Shown: piece after piece, positions 27,471-40,010 of the stretch
Layout: each line of letters begins with the position of its first letter
Position numbering within the stretch: the first letter of the stretch is position 1
Assembly (NCBI GenBank): GCA_964016885.1
Contig: OZ024742.1
Coordinates: 175,832,001 to 175,896,000 of the forward strand
Direction of reading: 5' to 3'
Source: Eledone cirrhosa
Lineage: Eukaryota
Length of the DNA stretch: 64,000 nt
Position numbers and translations under genes: made by a program
The notes under the pieces: model-generated
Databases searched by the model: none
What the model was told of the DNA's origin: nothing
The model's input: the letters and a program-made list of their open reading frames with translations, nothing else

Positions 27471-28776
27471 CAGGGTGTTCGGGATAAATTTGACAGTTTC
27501 ATCAGGAAAAAGAAAAAGTGCTTGGTATCTACAAAATTTATTTGATTTAAAAGAAATTCAATGGACAAGGAAATTACACTATTGTCAAAGAGTTTTACTC
27601 AAAATAACCGCCATTAGCGTCTATTACAGTCTCAATACGGGCCCAGAACCTGGAGCAAGCTGATTTTAAACTTTCCCTGGGAAGGCCCTCAAAAACTACT
27701 TTAATTCTGTCGATTAACTGGGCTTTTGTAGTACTGGCACGGCGATTGGTGTCTTTCTCTACAGCACCCCATACATAATAGTCCATCGGGTTAAGATCAG
27801 GGGAGTTCGGAAGCCAAACATTGGGACTGGTGTAGTCGTAAAAATTGGCTGACATCCATTTTTTACTTTTCCCCGAGGTGTGGCAGGGGGCCGAATCCTG
27901 CTGCCATACATACGGCCTATAATTGGCTACCCTTGTTATCCAGGGCTTAACTACAGTGGTTAGCAATTCCACGTAGGCATTTGAATTCAACCTGAGACAC
28001 TGTTTGAAAAAATGCGGAGGCATCACATCACCCTCGGAGGACACACATCCCAAAACCATGACAGTTTGGGAAAATTTAGCCTGCATGACTCGAGGAGTGT
28101 CCTTTGAACTGTATGCAAGTCATCTGTTATTCTGCGTGTTGTGTTTTTGATCTTGGCAAAAGTTTTTCTCATCGGAAAAGAACCAGATTGTTTGTGCTTC
28201 AGCAGGATATTTCACTTTGCTCAGAAGTTTCTTTGCCTTTGTCAGACGATTTTCGCGGGCCTTTTCTGTGAGAAGTTGACCTCTGCGACGCTTGTATGAG
28301 TAGTAGCGAAGGTCTTCATTGAGTGCAATTTTCATAGTAGAGGCTGAAACATTCAATTCACGCGACAAAGACCGAATTCCGATGCCAGGGTCCTCCAACA
28401 TTTTTTTCTGTAGATTTTCGATGAATTCTGCTGTGCGAGAGCAATCAGATCTTCTGTTATGTTTCTTTCTTCTAGCCACAGCCTCGTAGTCTCCATTGCA
28501 ATTCTCCAGTTCATGCCGGATTGTTTTTACAGTGTTCAGGGAGCATTGAGCAGCGACCATAATCTCCTTATTTTGATGGGCGGCGCGAATCATCATGATA
28601 CAAGTTATTCTCTTTCATGATTCAGGTGGCTCCCAGTCCTCCATTCTCATTGTCATCACATATATGAATGAAGGAGGGTTTAAACTTTCAAATAAAGCCT
28701 AGTGGGCATGAATGCATTTAAAACATCTGAAAAAACAACCAAATATTATTCTGTCAAATTTATCCCGAACACCCTG
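27471..28776 (-). mobile_element. Full-length Tc1/mariner-superfamily transposon, DD37D (maT) type
   Basis: Perfect 26-bp TIRs cagggtgttcgggataaatttgacag; TA on both sides. Confidence 0.92.
27595..28656 (-). pseudogene. DD37D transposase with two in-frame TGA stops
   Basis: FSDEK, QQDSAP, SPDLNPMDY with 37 residues between the last two Asp; both track ORFs are in one frame. Confidence 0.88.
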
Positions 28777-28831
28777 TATTTATATATATATGTATACATA
28801 TATATACATATATATACATATATATATATAC

Positions 28832-28899
<68 letters not shown>

Positions 28900-28933
28900 G
28901 AAATATAAGAATCAAAGAACTGTTCAAAACATT

Positions 28934-28986
28934 ATTGTGCTTACAGCTGTTTCCTCCAAACCGAGGTTTGGATTCTTCGGAGCAAT
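28934..28986 (-). ncRNA. Type I hammerhead (U4C core variant)
   Basis: attgct CCGAAGA a tccaaac-ctcg-gtttgga g GAAA CAGCTG TA agcacaat. Confidence 0.7.
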
Positions 28987-29410
28987 TTATTAATGCATGG
29001 ACAGTTATATGACCTCGTTTTAATGCTTATAACATTTCTCCACACACAGACTATATCAATCATATAAAGAATTTGCCACCAGATCTACCAACCTAACACT
29101 CTTGTTTACCTACCTAAGTGCCTCTACCACACATATCTCTCTGCCACACTATATAAACAAGACGCACATGCGTGCCACACATATAACTTTTGCACTATAT
29201 AACCGCTTATCTTCATGTTGTATTTTAACCTCTATTTTTGATTTTTGATTGTACCTCTTAATATAAATGTAATCTCGAAGTGTGTACTGCCACTCTAAAT
29301 TCTGTAATGAATGTTGACCCACAATGTTTGAATATGTATCAATGTTTGAATATGTATCGGTATGTCTCGCGGCTGAAAACGAGGTCATATAACTGTCCAT
29401 GCATAAATAA

Positions 29411-29463
29411 ATTGCTCCGGAGAATCCAAACCTCGGTTTGGAGGAAACAGCTGTAAGCACAAT
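29411..29463 (+). ncRNA. Hammerhead copy with mutated core (CCGGAGA)
   Basis: Same helices as 28934-28986; two core changes. Confidence 0.55.
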
Positions 29464-29809
29464 AATGTTTTGAACAGTTCTTTGATTTTTATATTTCATA
29501 TAACTGCTCTGTAAATCATCTGATGTTTTTACATTGACCTACTTAACTTACTGGTAATAAGGTAGTACTACATTACTGCCTACCACTCTTTAGGGTGTGT
29601 GTAAAATACTTATAACTGCATAAGATTTTGTATTTACATAACCATAAATAGTATAACTAATACTATATATATATATATGTACATATAAATATATGTATAT
29701 AGATATAGATATATATATTTATATCTATATAAGTATATATATGTATATATATGTTTATATATATTTATATATATATATGTATATATATATATATGTACAT
29801 ATATATATG

Positions 29810-29858
<49 letters not shown>

Positions 29859-29879
29859 GTGTATATATGTATATATATT

Positions 29880-29970
<91 letters not shown>

Positions 29971-30002
29971 AAATATGTGTATATATATATATGTATATAT
30001 AT

Positions 30003-30290
30003 ATTAAGTATATAATAAGTATTGGTTAGTATTCAGTTTTAGTTTTAAGTTTTTACCGGTTGCGCATTTCTAATGCTTTTCAAACATAATTTTGAGATAG
30101 AGCGCCCGTGATGTTTGCTGAATACTAACCAATACTTATTATTAATTTAAAATAAAGTACCAGTAATGCACTGGGTAATTGCTGGCCTTGTGCCTAAAGT
30201 AGAAACAATTATTAATTTTTACTTATTCCTAAGTAAACTATTTTTCACCGGGAACAATTTCTCAGGATTTTCTTTTCCTTTTACCAATAT
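30003..30290. repeat. Insert with 25-bp inverted repeat plus SINE 3' fragment
   Basis: ataataagtattggttagtattcag / ctgaatactaaccaatacttattat; aaataaagtaccagtaatgcactggg...gaaacaatt SINE tail at ~30150-30212. Confidence 0.5.
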
Positions 30291-30385
30291 ACATATATAT
30301 ATATACATATATATATATACATATATATATATACATATATATACATACATATATATACATATATATATACATACATATATATATA

Positions 30386-30471
<86 letters not shown>

Positions 30472-30479
30472 CACATATA

Positions 30480-30511
<32 letters not shown>

Positions 30512-30689
30512 CACATATATATATATATATATATACATACATTTTGAGTATATGTTGGTTGTATACCAACACCTCAGTATGCAGACTGGAGCACTCGACA
30601 AAGTGCGCATGTTGGTTTGGTTACTCCGGAGTAATGTAAAATAAAATAAAATAAATAAGTCAAATGTTTAAAATTTAGCTTCGTTTATT

Positions 30690-30744
30690 ACTGCTATATA
30701 TATTTCGGTAACAGCCATCTCTGGCTGTGACCTCTTCAGGCAGT
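30690..30744 (-). ncRNA. Canonical minimal type I hammerhead ribozyme
   Basis: actgc CTGAAGA ggtcacagcc-agagat-ggctgttacc GAAA TATATA TA gcagt; inside a 30540-30933 insert. Confidence 0.88.
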
Positions 30745-31596
30745 CCGAATTAGTGTGGTATAGACAAGTACATATGCTGTTGAGGTGTATAACTTTGTCA
30801 ATACTCTGATATGCCCAGTTCCTGGTTGGGTTGTTATTTCACTGAGGAACTGGAATCATATGAATTCAAACAAACGAATTTCAGTGTCAAAGGGCCTCTT
30901 CTCTTCTCATTGATCAGTTTTTAGAACATTCCTCATTAGCCTAGAGTTTACAATGACGTCGGGAGTACTATTACTATTATTATGATATTCAGTGTTGGAA
31001 GGAAGAGATTTAGTATTTAGTATTTTATTGTTGTGTTTAGAGATAATGTTGGAAATGTTGGAGGCGGTCGAATAGGAAAATTGTATAGTGTGTTTGTTAA
31101 ATATTTTACTATAGATATGTGAGGGAGGGAAGCATTTATTTAAGGCACTAAAGAATAATTTAGGAATATTATTATTAATAGAGATGGAGAAAGGAGCATA
31201 CCAGATGATGTTTTTGTATCTAGGTCTTTTATTAAAGTTATTGGAATGATCATGATTAATTATTCTACTGTAAGATCTTCTAGAATTTGTTTCTTTACTA
31301 TATTTGATTTTATCAGGATATCCGGCTTTAGAAAGAGCGTTATTATAGTAATTGGCGTTAGCATCAAAGATGTTTTTATTAGAATATAGGTTAGATATTC
31401 TTTTTCCAATATTACTAACTATAGCATTCTTAATATTAGTGGGGTGGTTAGATTTTAAATTAACATAACTTAGGTTCTCATTGTTTTTATGGTAGGGGTA
31501 ATATAGGCCAGTGTCAAGATTAAGAGATACATCCAAGAAATTAGCTAGTTTGATGCTATTATCAAATTCAATCTTTAAGTTATGTTGGTTAATATA

Positions 31597-32506
31597 ATTA
31601 ATCATGATCATTCCAATAACTTTAATAAAAGACCTAGATACAAAAACATAATCTGGTATAATGCTCCTTTCTCCATCTCTATTAATAATTATATTCCTAA
31701 ATTATAGTGCCTTAAATAAATGCTTCCCTCCCTCACATATCTATAGTAAAATATTTAACAAACACACTATAAAATTTACCTATTCGACCTCCTCCAACAT
31801 TTCCAACATTATCTCTAAACACAACAATAAAATACTAAATACTAAATGTCTTACTTCCAACTCTGAATATCATAATAATAGTAATAGTACTCCCTACGTC
31901 ATTGTAAACTCTAGGCTAATTTCTGCAAACCCAAATACAACGTCAAACACAACTTCGCTAAATGTTCTTAATCCCATTCTAAATCAAGAAACTCCTATCG
32001 TAAATAACTTCTCCAATCCAATTACTTCTATAGATAATACCAGGTTACTCGTTAATAACTCTGCTAATCTCTCTAATCGCAATTGCCCTGTAAAAAATAA
32101 ATGTCCTCTCAACAACCATTGTCTTGAAAAAAACTTAATCTACAAATGTAAAGTTATAACTGACATCAATTCCTTCACCTATTTTGGCTCCACTTCCACC
32201 TCCTTTAAAGCTCGTCTTTATAATCATCATTCGTCTTTTAAATACCAACTTAAAAGAACCAACACGGCACTCTCAGAACTCATATGGTCCTTGAAAGACA
32301 AAAATATTAAATATAACATCTCTTGGAAAAAGGTTTCTTCTGCTTTTCCATACTTGAACAGTTCTCTATCCAAGACTTGCATTCTCTGTTTAAATGAAAA
32401 AATTACCATTATATCTAATTTAGATTCTATAATAAATAGACGCACTGACTTGTTTTCTCTCTGCTTGCATAAATTCCACAGAACATTCCATAAAGTATAC
32501 AGCTAA
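31597..32506 (+). pseudogene. PLE thumb/linker + GIY-YIG endonuclease fragment
   Basis: C..CP...C, LIYK..YFGST..FKARL.NH, CILCLNE..INRR..CLH. Confidence 0.88.
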
Positions 32507-32917
32507 TATCTAATACTTTATCAATTTAAAATCCTTTTCTCAAAGGCACATATATATATACTTCTTTAAAAATATACCCATCCTTCTACCTTATTTCAAA
32601 GTTATTTATTATGCATTATATAATACTAGTTACTCATTCTATATCCCTCCTATTTATCACTTCCCTTTCTTCCTTTTCCTTTTCTTTTCCTTTTTCTTTT
32701 AATTTCTAACCCATAATCTGTACCTTTTCTCATTGTGCCTAACATAGAAACAATTATTACACAGTACAATATATTCTTACTTTATATCACCTTGAAAAAA
32801 TCCTTCGTAAACATAAACATTTTTTTTACGTTAGATTATTCATCCTCAATTAATTATTTTTTTCTCCCTTTCATGCTCATCTAATATATCCTTACTTACA
32901 TTACTATTGTATTTTTA

Positions 32918-33092
32918 ATAATACATATCAACATTTTCTATACATCGCACATATAATTAAACCCTTAAATATTATTCTTAATACATATTAACATTTTCTT
33001 TCCATCGCACATATTATTAAACCCTTAAATATTATTCTTAATACATATTAACAATTTCTTTTCATCGCACATATTATTAAACCCTTCAATAT
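32918..33092 (+). repeat. 60-bp tandem repeat, ~3 copies
   Basis: catcgcacatat(a/t)attaaaccctt recurs at exact 60-bp spacing. Confidence 0.85.
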
Positions 33093-33219
33093 ACAAACCT
33101 TAACTTAACATTATTTTTCTCTTCGTTAATTTTCAAATTCTTTTAATTTATATATTATCTTCCAACGGTTTTTCAACCTCTCTATGTAAAACAATATATT
33201 TTTCTCAGTTATAAAAGCT

Positions 33220-33256
<37 letters not shown>

Positions 33257-33485
33257 TCTCTCTCTCTCTCTCTCTCTCTCACCCATCTCTCCTCCTATAA
33301 TCATCCTTCCTCATTATACTCCTCCCCCTCCACTTTTTACTCTCATCTCCGCATCTTTTTCATCCGCCCCCCCCCTCAAAAATTGTTTTTCCCAATATCA
33401 CACATCGATCTGAAACTACTTTTCTTATGTTGATTTAAAACTGCACTATTCACAAGTGTTTTAACCTTCATATCATGTCTTCCTA

Positions 33486-33552
33486 TTTTATCTGATGAAA
33501 ACACAAATGTTATTGCATGATGATATTTGTTTTTGAAATGCGCATAATAAAA
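33486..33552 (+). ncRNA. Canonical type I hammerhead ribozyme
   Basis: ttttat CTGATGA aaacacaaat...atttgttttt GAAA TGCGCA TA ataaaa. Confidence 0.88.
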
Positions 33553-33680
33553 TACATGGAACTCTTTTAAACATCTTTTGATCTTATATGTTATGTATAC
33601 TACAGTCCTACAAACTGGAGAGTGCTTCTTATCCGGTATCTGCATTGCTTTATTGTACTACAATAAAACTCACCTCCTAC

Positions 33681-33735
<55 letters not shown>

Positions 33736-33941
33736 TATATATACATATATATATAAATATATATATACAAACATATATAAACATATATATATGTACATAT
33801 ATATACATATATATATACATATATATACAGATATGTGCATATATATACATATATACATATATACACATATACGTATGCTATATATATACACATATATATA
33901 CATATACATATATACATATATACATATACACATTGATACAC

Positions 33942-33972
<31 letters not shown>

Positions 33973-34217
33973 CATTTATATATATACATATATATACATA
34001 TATATATATATACAGATATATACATATATATACATATATATAAATATATATCTATGCATATATATACATATATATATACATATATATACATTTATATATA
34101 TATATATATATATACATATATATGCATATATATATATATATACATATATATACATATATATATACATATATATACATATACATATATATATATACATATA
34201 TATACATATATATATAC

Positions 34218-34263
<46 letters not shown>

Positions 34264-34267
34264 ATAC

Positions 34268-34312
<45 letters not shown>

Positions 34313-34467
34313 CATATATATATACATATATATATATTCATATACATATATACATATATATACATATACATATATACATATATATATACATATATAATAT
34401 ACATATACATATATACATATATATACATATACATATATACATATATATACATATATATATATACATA

Positions 34468-34888
34468 ATGTAGGAGGTGAGTTTTATTGTAGTACAATAA
34501 AGCAATGCAGATATCGGATAAGAAGCACTCTACAGTTTGTAGGACTGGGGTATACATAATATATAAGAACAAAAGATGGTTAAAAGAGTTCCATGTATTT
34601 TATTATGGGCATTTCAAAATTAAATATCATCATGTAATAATATTTGTGTTTTCATCAGATAAAACAGGAAGACATGATATCAAGGTTAAAAAACACTTGT
34701 GGATAGTGCAGTTTTAAATCAACATATGATTTAAAACTGCACTATCCACAAGTGTTTTTTAACCTTCATATCATGTCCTCCTGTTTTATCTGATGAAAAC
34801 ACAAATATTATTGCATGATGAGATTTGTTTTTGAAATGCGCATAATAAAATACATGGAACTCTTTTAACCATCTTTTGTTCTTATATA
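34468..34888. mobile_element. Head-to-head palindrome of the same PLE 3' end as 33425-33680
   Basis: Inverted copy 34468-34721 plus direct copy 34727-34888; HHRs at 34598-34664 (-; helix III mutated to TGCCCA) and 34784-34850 (+; intact). Confidence 0.8.
34784..34850 (+). ncRNA. Canonical type I hammerhead ribozyme
   Basis: ttttat CTGATGA aaacacaaat...atttgttttt GAAA TGCGCA TA ataaaa. Confidence 0.85.
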
Positions 34889-34900
34889 TTATATATATAC

Positions 34901-34933
<33 letters not shown>

Positions 34934-34934
34934 C

Positions 34935-34967
<33 letters not shown>

Positions 34968-35089
34968 CATATATATACATATATATACATATATATATAC
35001 ATATATATACATATATATATACATATATATATATACACATATATATATATACATATATATATACATATATATATATACATATATATACA

Positions 35090-35133
<44 letters not shown>

Positions 35134-35145
35134 TATACATATATG

Positions 35146-35181
<36 letters not shown>

Positions 35182-35431
35182 CATATATATACATATATAT
35201 ATATATGCATATATATACATATATATATATACATATATACATATATATATATACATATATATATATATAAATATATATATACATATATATACATATATAT
35301 ATATATACATATATATACATATATATATATACATATATATACATACATATATATGCATACATATATATATACATACATATACATATATATACATATATAT
35401 ACATATATACACATATATATATATACATATG

Positions 35432-35465
<34 letters not shown>

Positions 35466-35577
35466 CATATATATACATATATATATAAATATATATTTAT
35501 ATATATATACATATATATAAATACATATATATACATATATATACATATATACATATATATATATACATATTTACATA

Positions 35578-35865
35578 TGCCCCCACACACCCCACCGCAC
35601 GGTGGTCGTGGAAGTGTCACGGCACAAAAGCACCCAGCCCACACTGTAAAGTAGATATGTAGGCGCCACGAAAAAGCACCCAGCACTCACTTTGAATGAG
35701 GTTGGTGCTAGGAAGGGCATCCAGCTGTCGAAATCAAGCCACATCAGTTTCCTGTATGAGCAAGGCATGGTCAGCCGACCAGACACTGCCCACAACATGA
35801 CAACCGGTCTAACCCATGCTAGCGTGGAAGAACGGACGTAAAACGGTGATGATGATGATGATGAT
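35578..35865 (+). mobile_element. RTE-type 3' tail repeat
   Basis: aggaagggcatccagctg...aacccatgctagcgtgg...gacgtaaaacg(gat)n. Confidence 0.7.
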
Positions 35866-36015
35866 ACAAATATATACATACATAGATATATACATATATA
35901 TATATACATATATATACATATATATACATATATATATACATATATATATAAGATAAAAATACTTGAGTGCGTTGAGTGCTTTGTTAATTTTTATATGAAT
36001 TTATATATATATATA

Positions 36016-37045
36016 TATTGTTATACTTTGGGAGGGTCATGTTGCCAATAAGAAACACACGCACCAGTAGCTTTCACTTCAATTTATTATATATTTATAA
36101 ACTTATAAATTTACAAATCTACAAACTTATAAATTTCTGGTTGGTTGGTTGGTTCCACAACCAGATAGTTGTTTTTATATAGTCATAGTCCTTCCGTCAC
36201 ACACTCTGTGACCTCTTCAGAGACTGGGGATTCCTTCCTTTGTTTCTGTGCCTTTCCTTTCTTCTGTCCTACGCCATTTTCTTTCAGTGCGTGTGTTGTG
36301 TGCTCAGTTTGCGCATGCGCCACATCCAGGTGTCTGTGTGTGTTTGTGTTCATTTATCTATTTGTTTATTTATTTACATGTTATTGGTTGGTTGTTTGTT
36401 CTATGTGTGTGTGTGTTTTCATTTTGTCCTTAATTGTAAGTTGTGATGTTGCTGTTCCACTCATATTTTCTATTTAATTTTGGTTGTAATTCTTTTATGT
36501 TTATTGCCTCTTTAATTTGTCTAAACATTGCATCTTTTCTGTGTGTAGATTCTATTTTTATTTCTATGTTCTCTAATTTACCCTTGTGTTCTATCTTAGC
36601 ATGTTGGTAGAGTACAGATGAGTCTTTATTATCTTGAAGGTCTCGCCAGTGTTCATTTATCTGTTCCCCTATACTACGAGCTGTCTCACCTATGTACACT
36701 ATATTTTTGTTTCTACATTGTCCTTCAGTACATCTTATGCTATACACTACATTTCTAGTTTTACAGTTAATATGGGGGCTTATTTTACAGGTTATACATT
36801 TCTTATCTATACATGAGGGTCTTTGGAACGGGTATGTCTTGCTAATAAGCGTTTTTACGGATGTACCAGGTCTTTCTACTATCTTAATATTGAGTTTATG
36901 TTTATTTAGGGTCCTTCTAAATTTGTAGGCTAGTTCGCCTCTAGGGGTTGTATCGATGAACATTACACTCTGGTATTTATTGCTATCATACCATGAGTTT
37001 ATTCTATTGGCCTTGTTCCTAGTTCTTTCTAGTTCTTTCTATTCT
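36016..37045 (-). mobile_element. Neptune-like PLE 3' fragment (Cys-rich linker + GIY-YIG) with pseudo-LTR
   Basis: ORF 36430-36963: CIDKKCITC...CKTRNVVYSIRC...YIGETAR...H...RQIKEA...PKLN; degenerate HHR at 36181-36225 (CTGAAGA g gtcaca/tgtgac GGAA ggac TA). Confidence 0.8.
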
Positions 37046-37049
37046 AGAA

Positions 37050-38930
37050 ATCAGTAGTAGACGAAATCATGAAAGTCACAGAAAGAGTTATTACTCAACT
37101 GATCAGAGATCAAATTGATCGAGATGAAATGCAATTTTGGTTTGTGCCATGTAAAATTACGGCAATTGCAAGAGAAGTACCTGGCTAACAGTAAACCGCT
37201 CTAGTTAGCTTTTGTTGACATGGAGAAGGCCTTTTACAGACTCCCATGCACCTCAATCTGGTGGGCTCTTAGGAAACTAGGATTGGAGGAACAGTTAGCA
37301 AGGTTATAATTAACGAAGAATATAGTGATAAATTTAGCGTAATTGTAGGGGTTCACCGGGGCTTCGTTTTTTCCCCCTCCTGTTTATAATTGTCCTACAG
37401 GCTATAACAGAGTGGTTTAAGACTGAATCTTTGTCTGAACTACAGAGGAAGTTCCAAACGTGGAAGCATGGCCTTGAATAAAAAGGCCTTAAATTGAACT
37501 TGACTAAGACTAAGGTTCCAGTAAGCAGAAAGGAGAATAGGACATAGGTACCCTCTTGGAAATGGCCATGCTCAGTGTGTAAGAAAGGAGTAGACAGAAA
37601 CTCCATTCTATGTCCCAAATATCCCAAATGCAGAATATGGGTGCATAAAAGATGTAGTGGGATCAGAGGTAAGCTATCTAAGAATGTAGATTTTATATTT
37701 GGCTGATGCTCAGGTGCAGTAAGTAGCAAGGACCCACTGGCTGATATCTCCTTCAACTGCCCAGATGGTTCTATAGAAATAGTAGACACCTTCCTTTACC
37801 TGGGTGACAAAATCAGCAGTGGAGGAGGGTGCACTGAAAGTGTAGTAGCTAGATTAGAAAGAAATGAAGCTTGCATGCTCCGATGGATGTGTAATGGTAA
37901 CGTGCGCGAAAGGCAAAGCATTAAAGAACTTAGAGGGAGACTAAGCAGAGGCAGTATCAAATGTTGTGTTCTGGAGAAGAGATTGCATTGCTATAGACAT
38001 GTGATGCGTATGAAGGATGACAGCTGTATAAAAAAGTGCAGGGCAATGAAAATTGATGGAAGCTGCGGAGTGGGTAGACCAAGAAAAACCTGGGACGAGG
38101 TGATCAAAACTGACCTTGCCCACCTACACATCTCTAAGACAATGACTCTTGATTGAGACCTGTGGCACCATGCAGTTGTCCCTAAGCCCGACTACCATTG
38201 CATACACCCCTACAGTCAGTAGGCACCTCTTAACTCAATGTACACCCCACCTTCCCTCTCCCATTCCGTCCACTGTGTCAATGACACAACAGTCGCCACT
38301 GGAAGGTGGCCTTGTAGGAGACACGGTGAAAAGGCTCCCAGTCCACGCTGTAAATGTGGTTGGTGTTAGGAAAGCATCCAGCTGTAAAAAATCCTGCCAG
38401 GTACGCTTCTCTGCAAGCGAGACATGGTCTCCCGACCATTCCTGCATCAAATGGAACGATATATACATACACACACACACATATATATACACACACACAC
38501 ACATACACATACACACACATATATACACATACACACACATATAAACATACATACACACACATACATACACATATATATATACATACACACATACATATAT
38601 ATATAAAGATACAAATTTCCACGGGTACAAGTCGAAGCTGAAGTATATAGCCAATATGCGCCCCACCCCACTACAAAGTGGTCGTAGAGATGCCACAGAA
38701 AAAAAGTACCATGTCCACACTGTAAAGTGGACGTGTAGGCGCCACGGAGAAAAAGCACCCAGCACTCACTGTAAATGAGGTTGGTGTTAGGAAGGGGATC
38801 CAGCTGTAGAAATCAAGCCAGAATCAGTTCCAGTATCAGCCGATCGGACACTGCCCACAACAGGACAGGACAAGACGTCTAACCAATGCTAGCGTGGGAG
38901 AACGGACGTAAAACGGTAAGAATGATGATG
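37050..38930 (+). mobile_element. Decayed RTE-type LINE (RT remnant, C-terminus, 3' UTR/tails)
   Basis: AFVDMEKAF, GVHRG, F.YLGD, MLRWMC, GRPRKTW remnants; tails at ~38450 and ~38925. Confidence 0.8.
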
Positions 38931-38994
38931 ATATACATACAAACAGGTGTGGTATATTATTAAGTTCGATTATTTGAAATAGTTATGCAACGTA

Positions 38995-40010
38995 TGAGTG
39001 CATAAAAGATGTAGTGGGATCACAGGTAAGCTAACTAAGAACATAGAATTTATATGTGGCCGGTGCTCAGGTGCAATAAATAGTAGCAAGTGCCCACAGC
39101 ATACTAGCTCCTTCCGTTGCCCAGCTGGTTCTATAGGAACAGTGGACACCTTCCGTTACCTGGGTGACAAAATCAGCAGCGGTGGAGGGTGCTCTGAAAG
39201 TACAGTAGCTAGAGTCAGAACGGGATGGAAAGGGTTCAGAGAGCTTATACCACTATTGGCCGCTAAAGGTTTCTCTCTAAAAGTGAAAAGCAGATTGTAT
39301 GATGCCTGTATACGAACAGCAATGTTACATGGCAGTGAGACATGGCATTGTGTGCAGAGGATCTACGCAGACTGGAGAGGAACAAAGCTCGCATGATTCG
39401 TTTGATGTGTAATAGGAATATACGTGAACGGCAAAGCATAAATATACTAAGTGAGAAATTAGGAATAAGAGGGGTCAGATGCTGTTTACTCGAGAGAAGA
39501 CTACGTTGGTATGTTCACGTGATTATACAGCTGTATAAAAAAGTGCAGGGCGATCAAAATAGACGGTAGCTACGGAGTAGGCAGACCCAGAAAAACCTGG
39601 GACGACTTGATAAATTCCGACCTCACACACTTACACCTCTCCAAGACAATGTCACTGGACCGAGATCTTTGGCGCTACACAGTAATACAGAAGACCCGCC
39701 TTGCCTAAGTACAAAGCAAAACCTATAGTCAGTAGGCACCTCTTAACCAAAATACACCCCCACGCCCATTTACACCACCCCTTTCGATTTAAAGTTATGT
39801 TGGTACCACCACATTCAGTCCTAAATAAATGAGGTCGTGTATGTATCACAACAAAAAAAAACACAATCCACGCGGTAATGTGGCCGTGCAGGTAACACGG
39901 TAAAAACCTCCCAGTCCACACTGTAAACATGGTTGGTGTTAGGAAGGGCATCCAACCGTAGAAAATGTGCCAGGCAGTCCTACACAAGCAAGACAACCAA
40001 TCTTGCCTCA
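38995..40010 (+). mobile_element. RTE-type LINE 3' fragment (tail continues at 41689-41765)
   Basis: HKRCSG..ICGRC, FRYLGD, LHGSETW, GRPRKTW; homologous to 53480-54500. Confidence 0.85.

Larger units (their letters stand above)
28897..29665 (+). mobile_element. Fold-back PLE-end insert with two HHR copies
   Basis: 125-bp inverted arms 28897-29021 and 29376-29500, tail to ~29665, (TA)n flanks. Confidence 0.75.
30934..33680 (+). mobile_element. 5'-truncated Naiad-type PLE with inverted, partly duplicated 5' segment
   Basis: Minus ORF 30907-31611 (ANFLDV, SNHP) and plus ORF from ~31597 to 32506 share ~320 bp; 3' UTR with 60-bp tandem, (CT)n and an HHR near the end (linkage across the CT tract is inferred). 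Confidence 0.8.
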
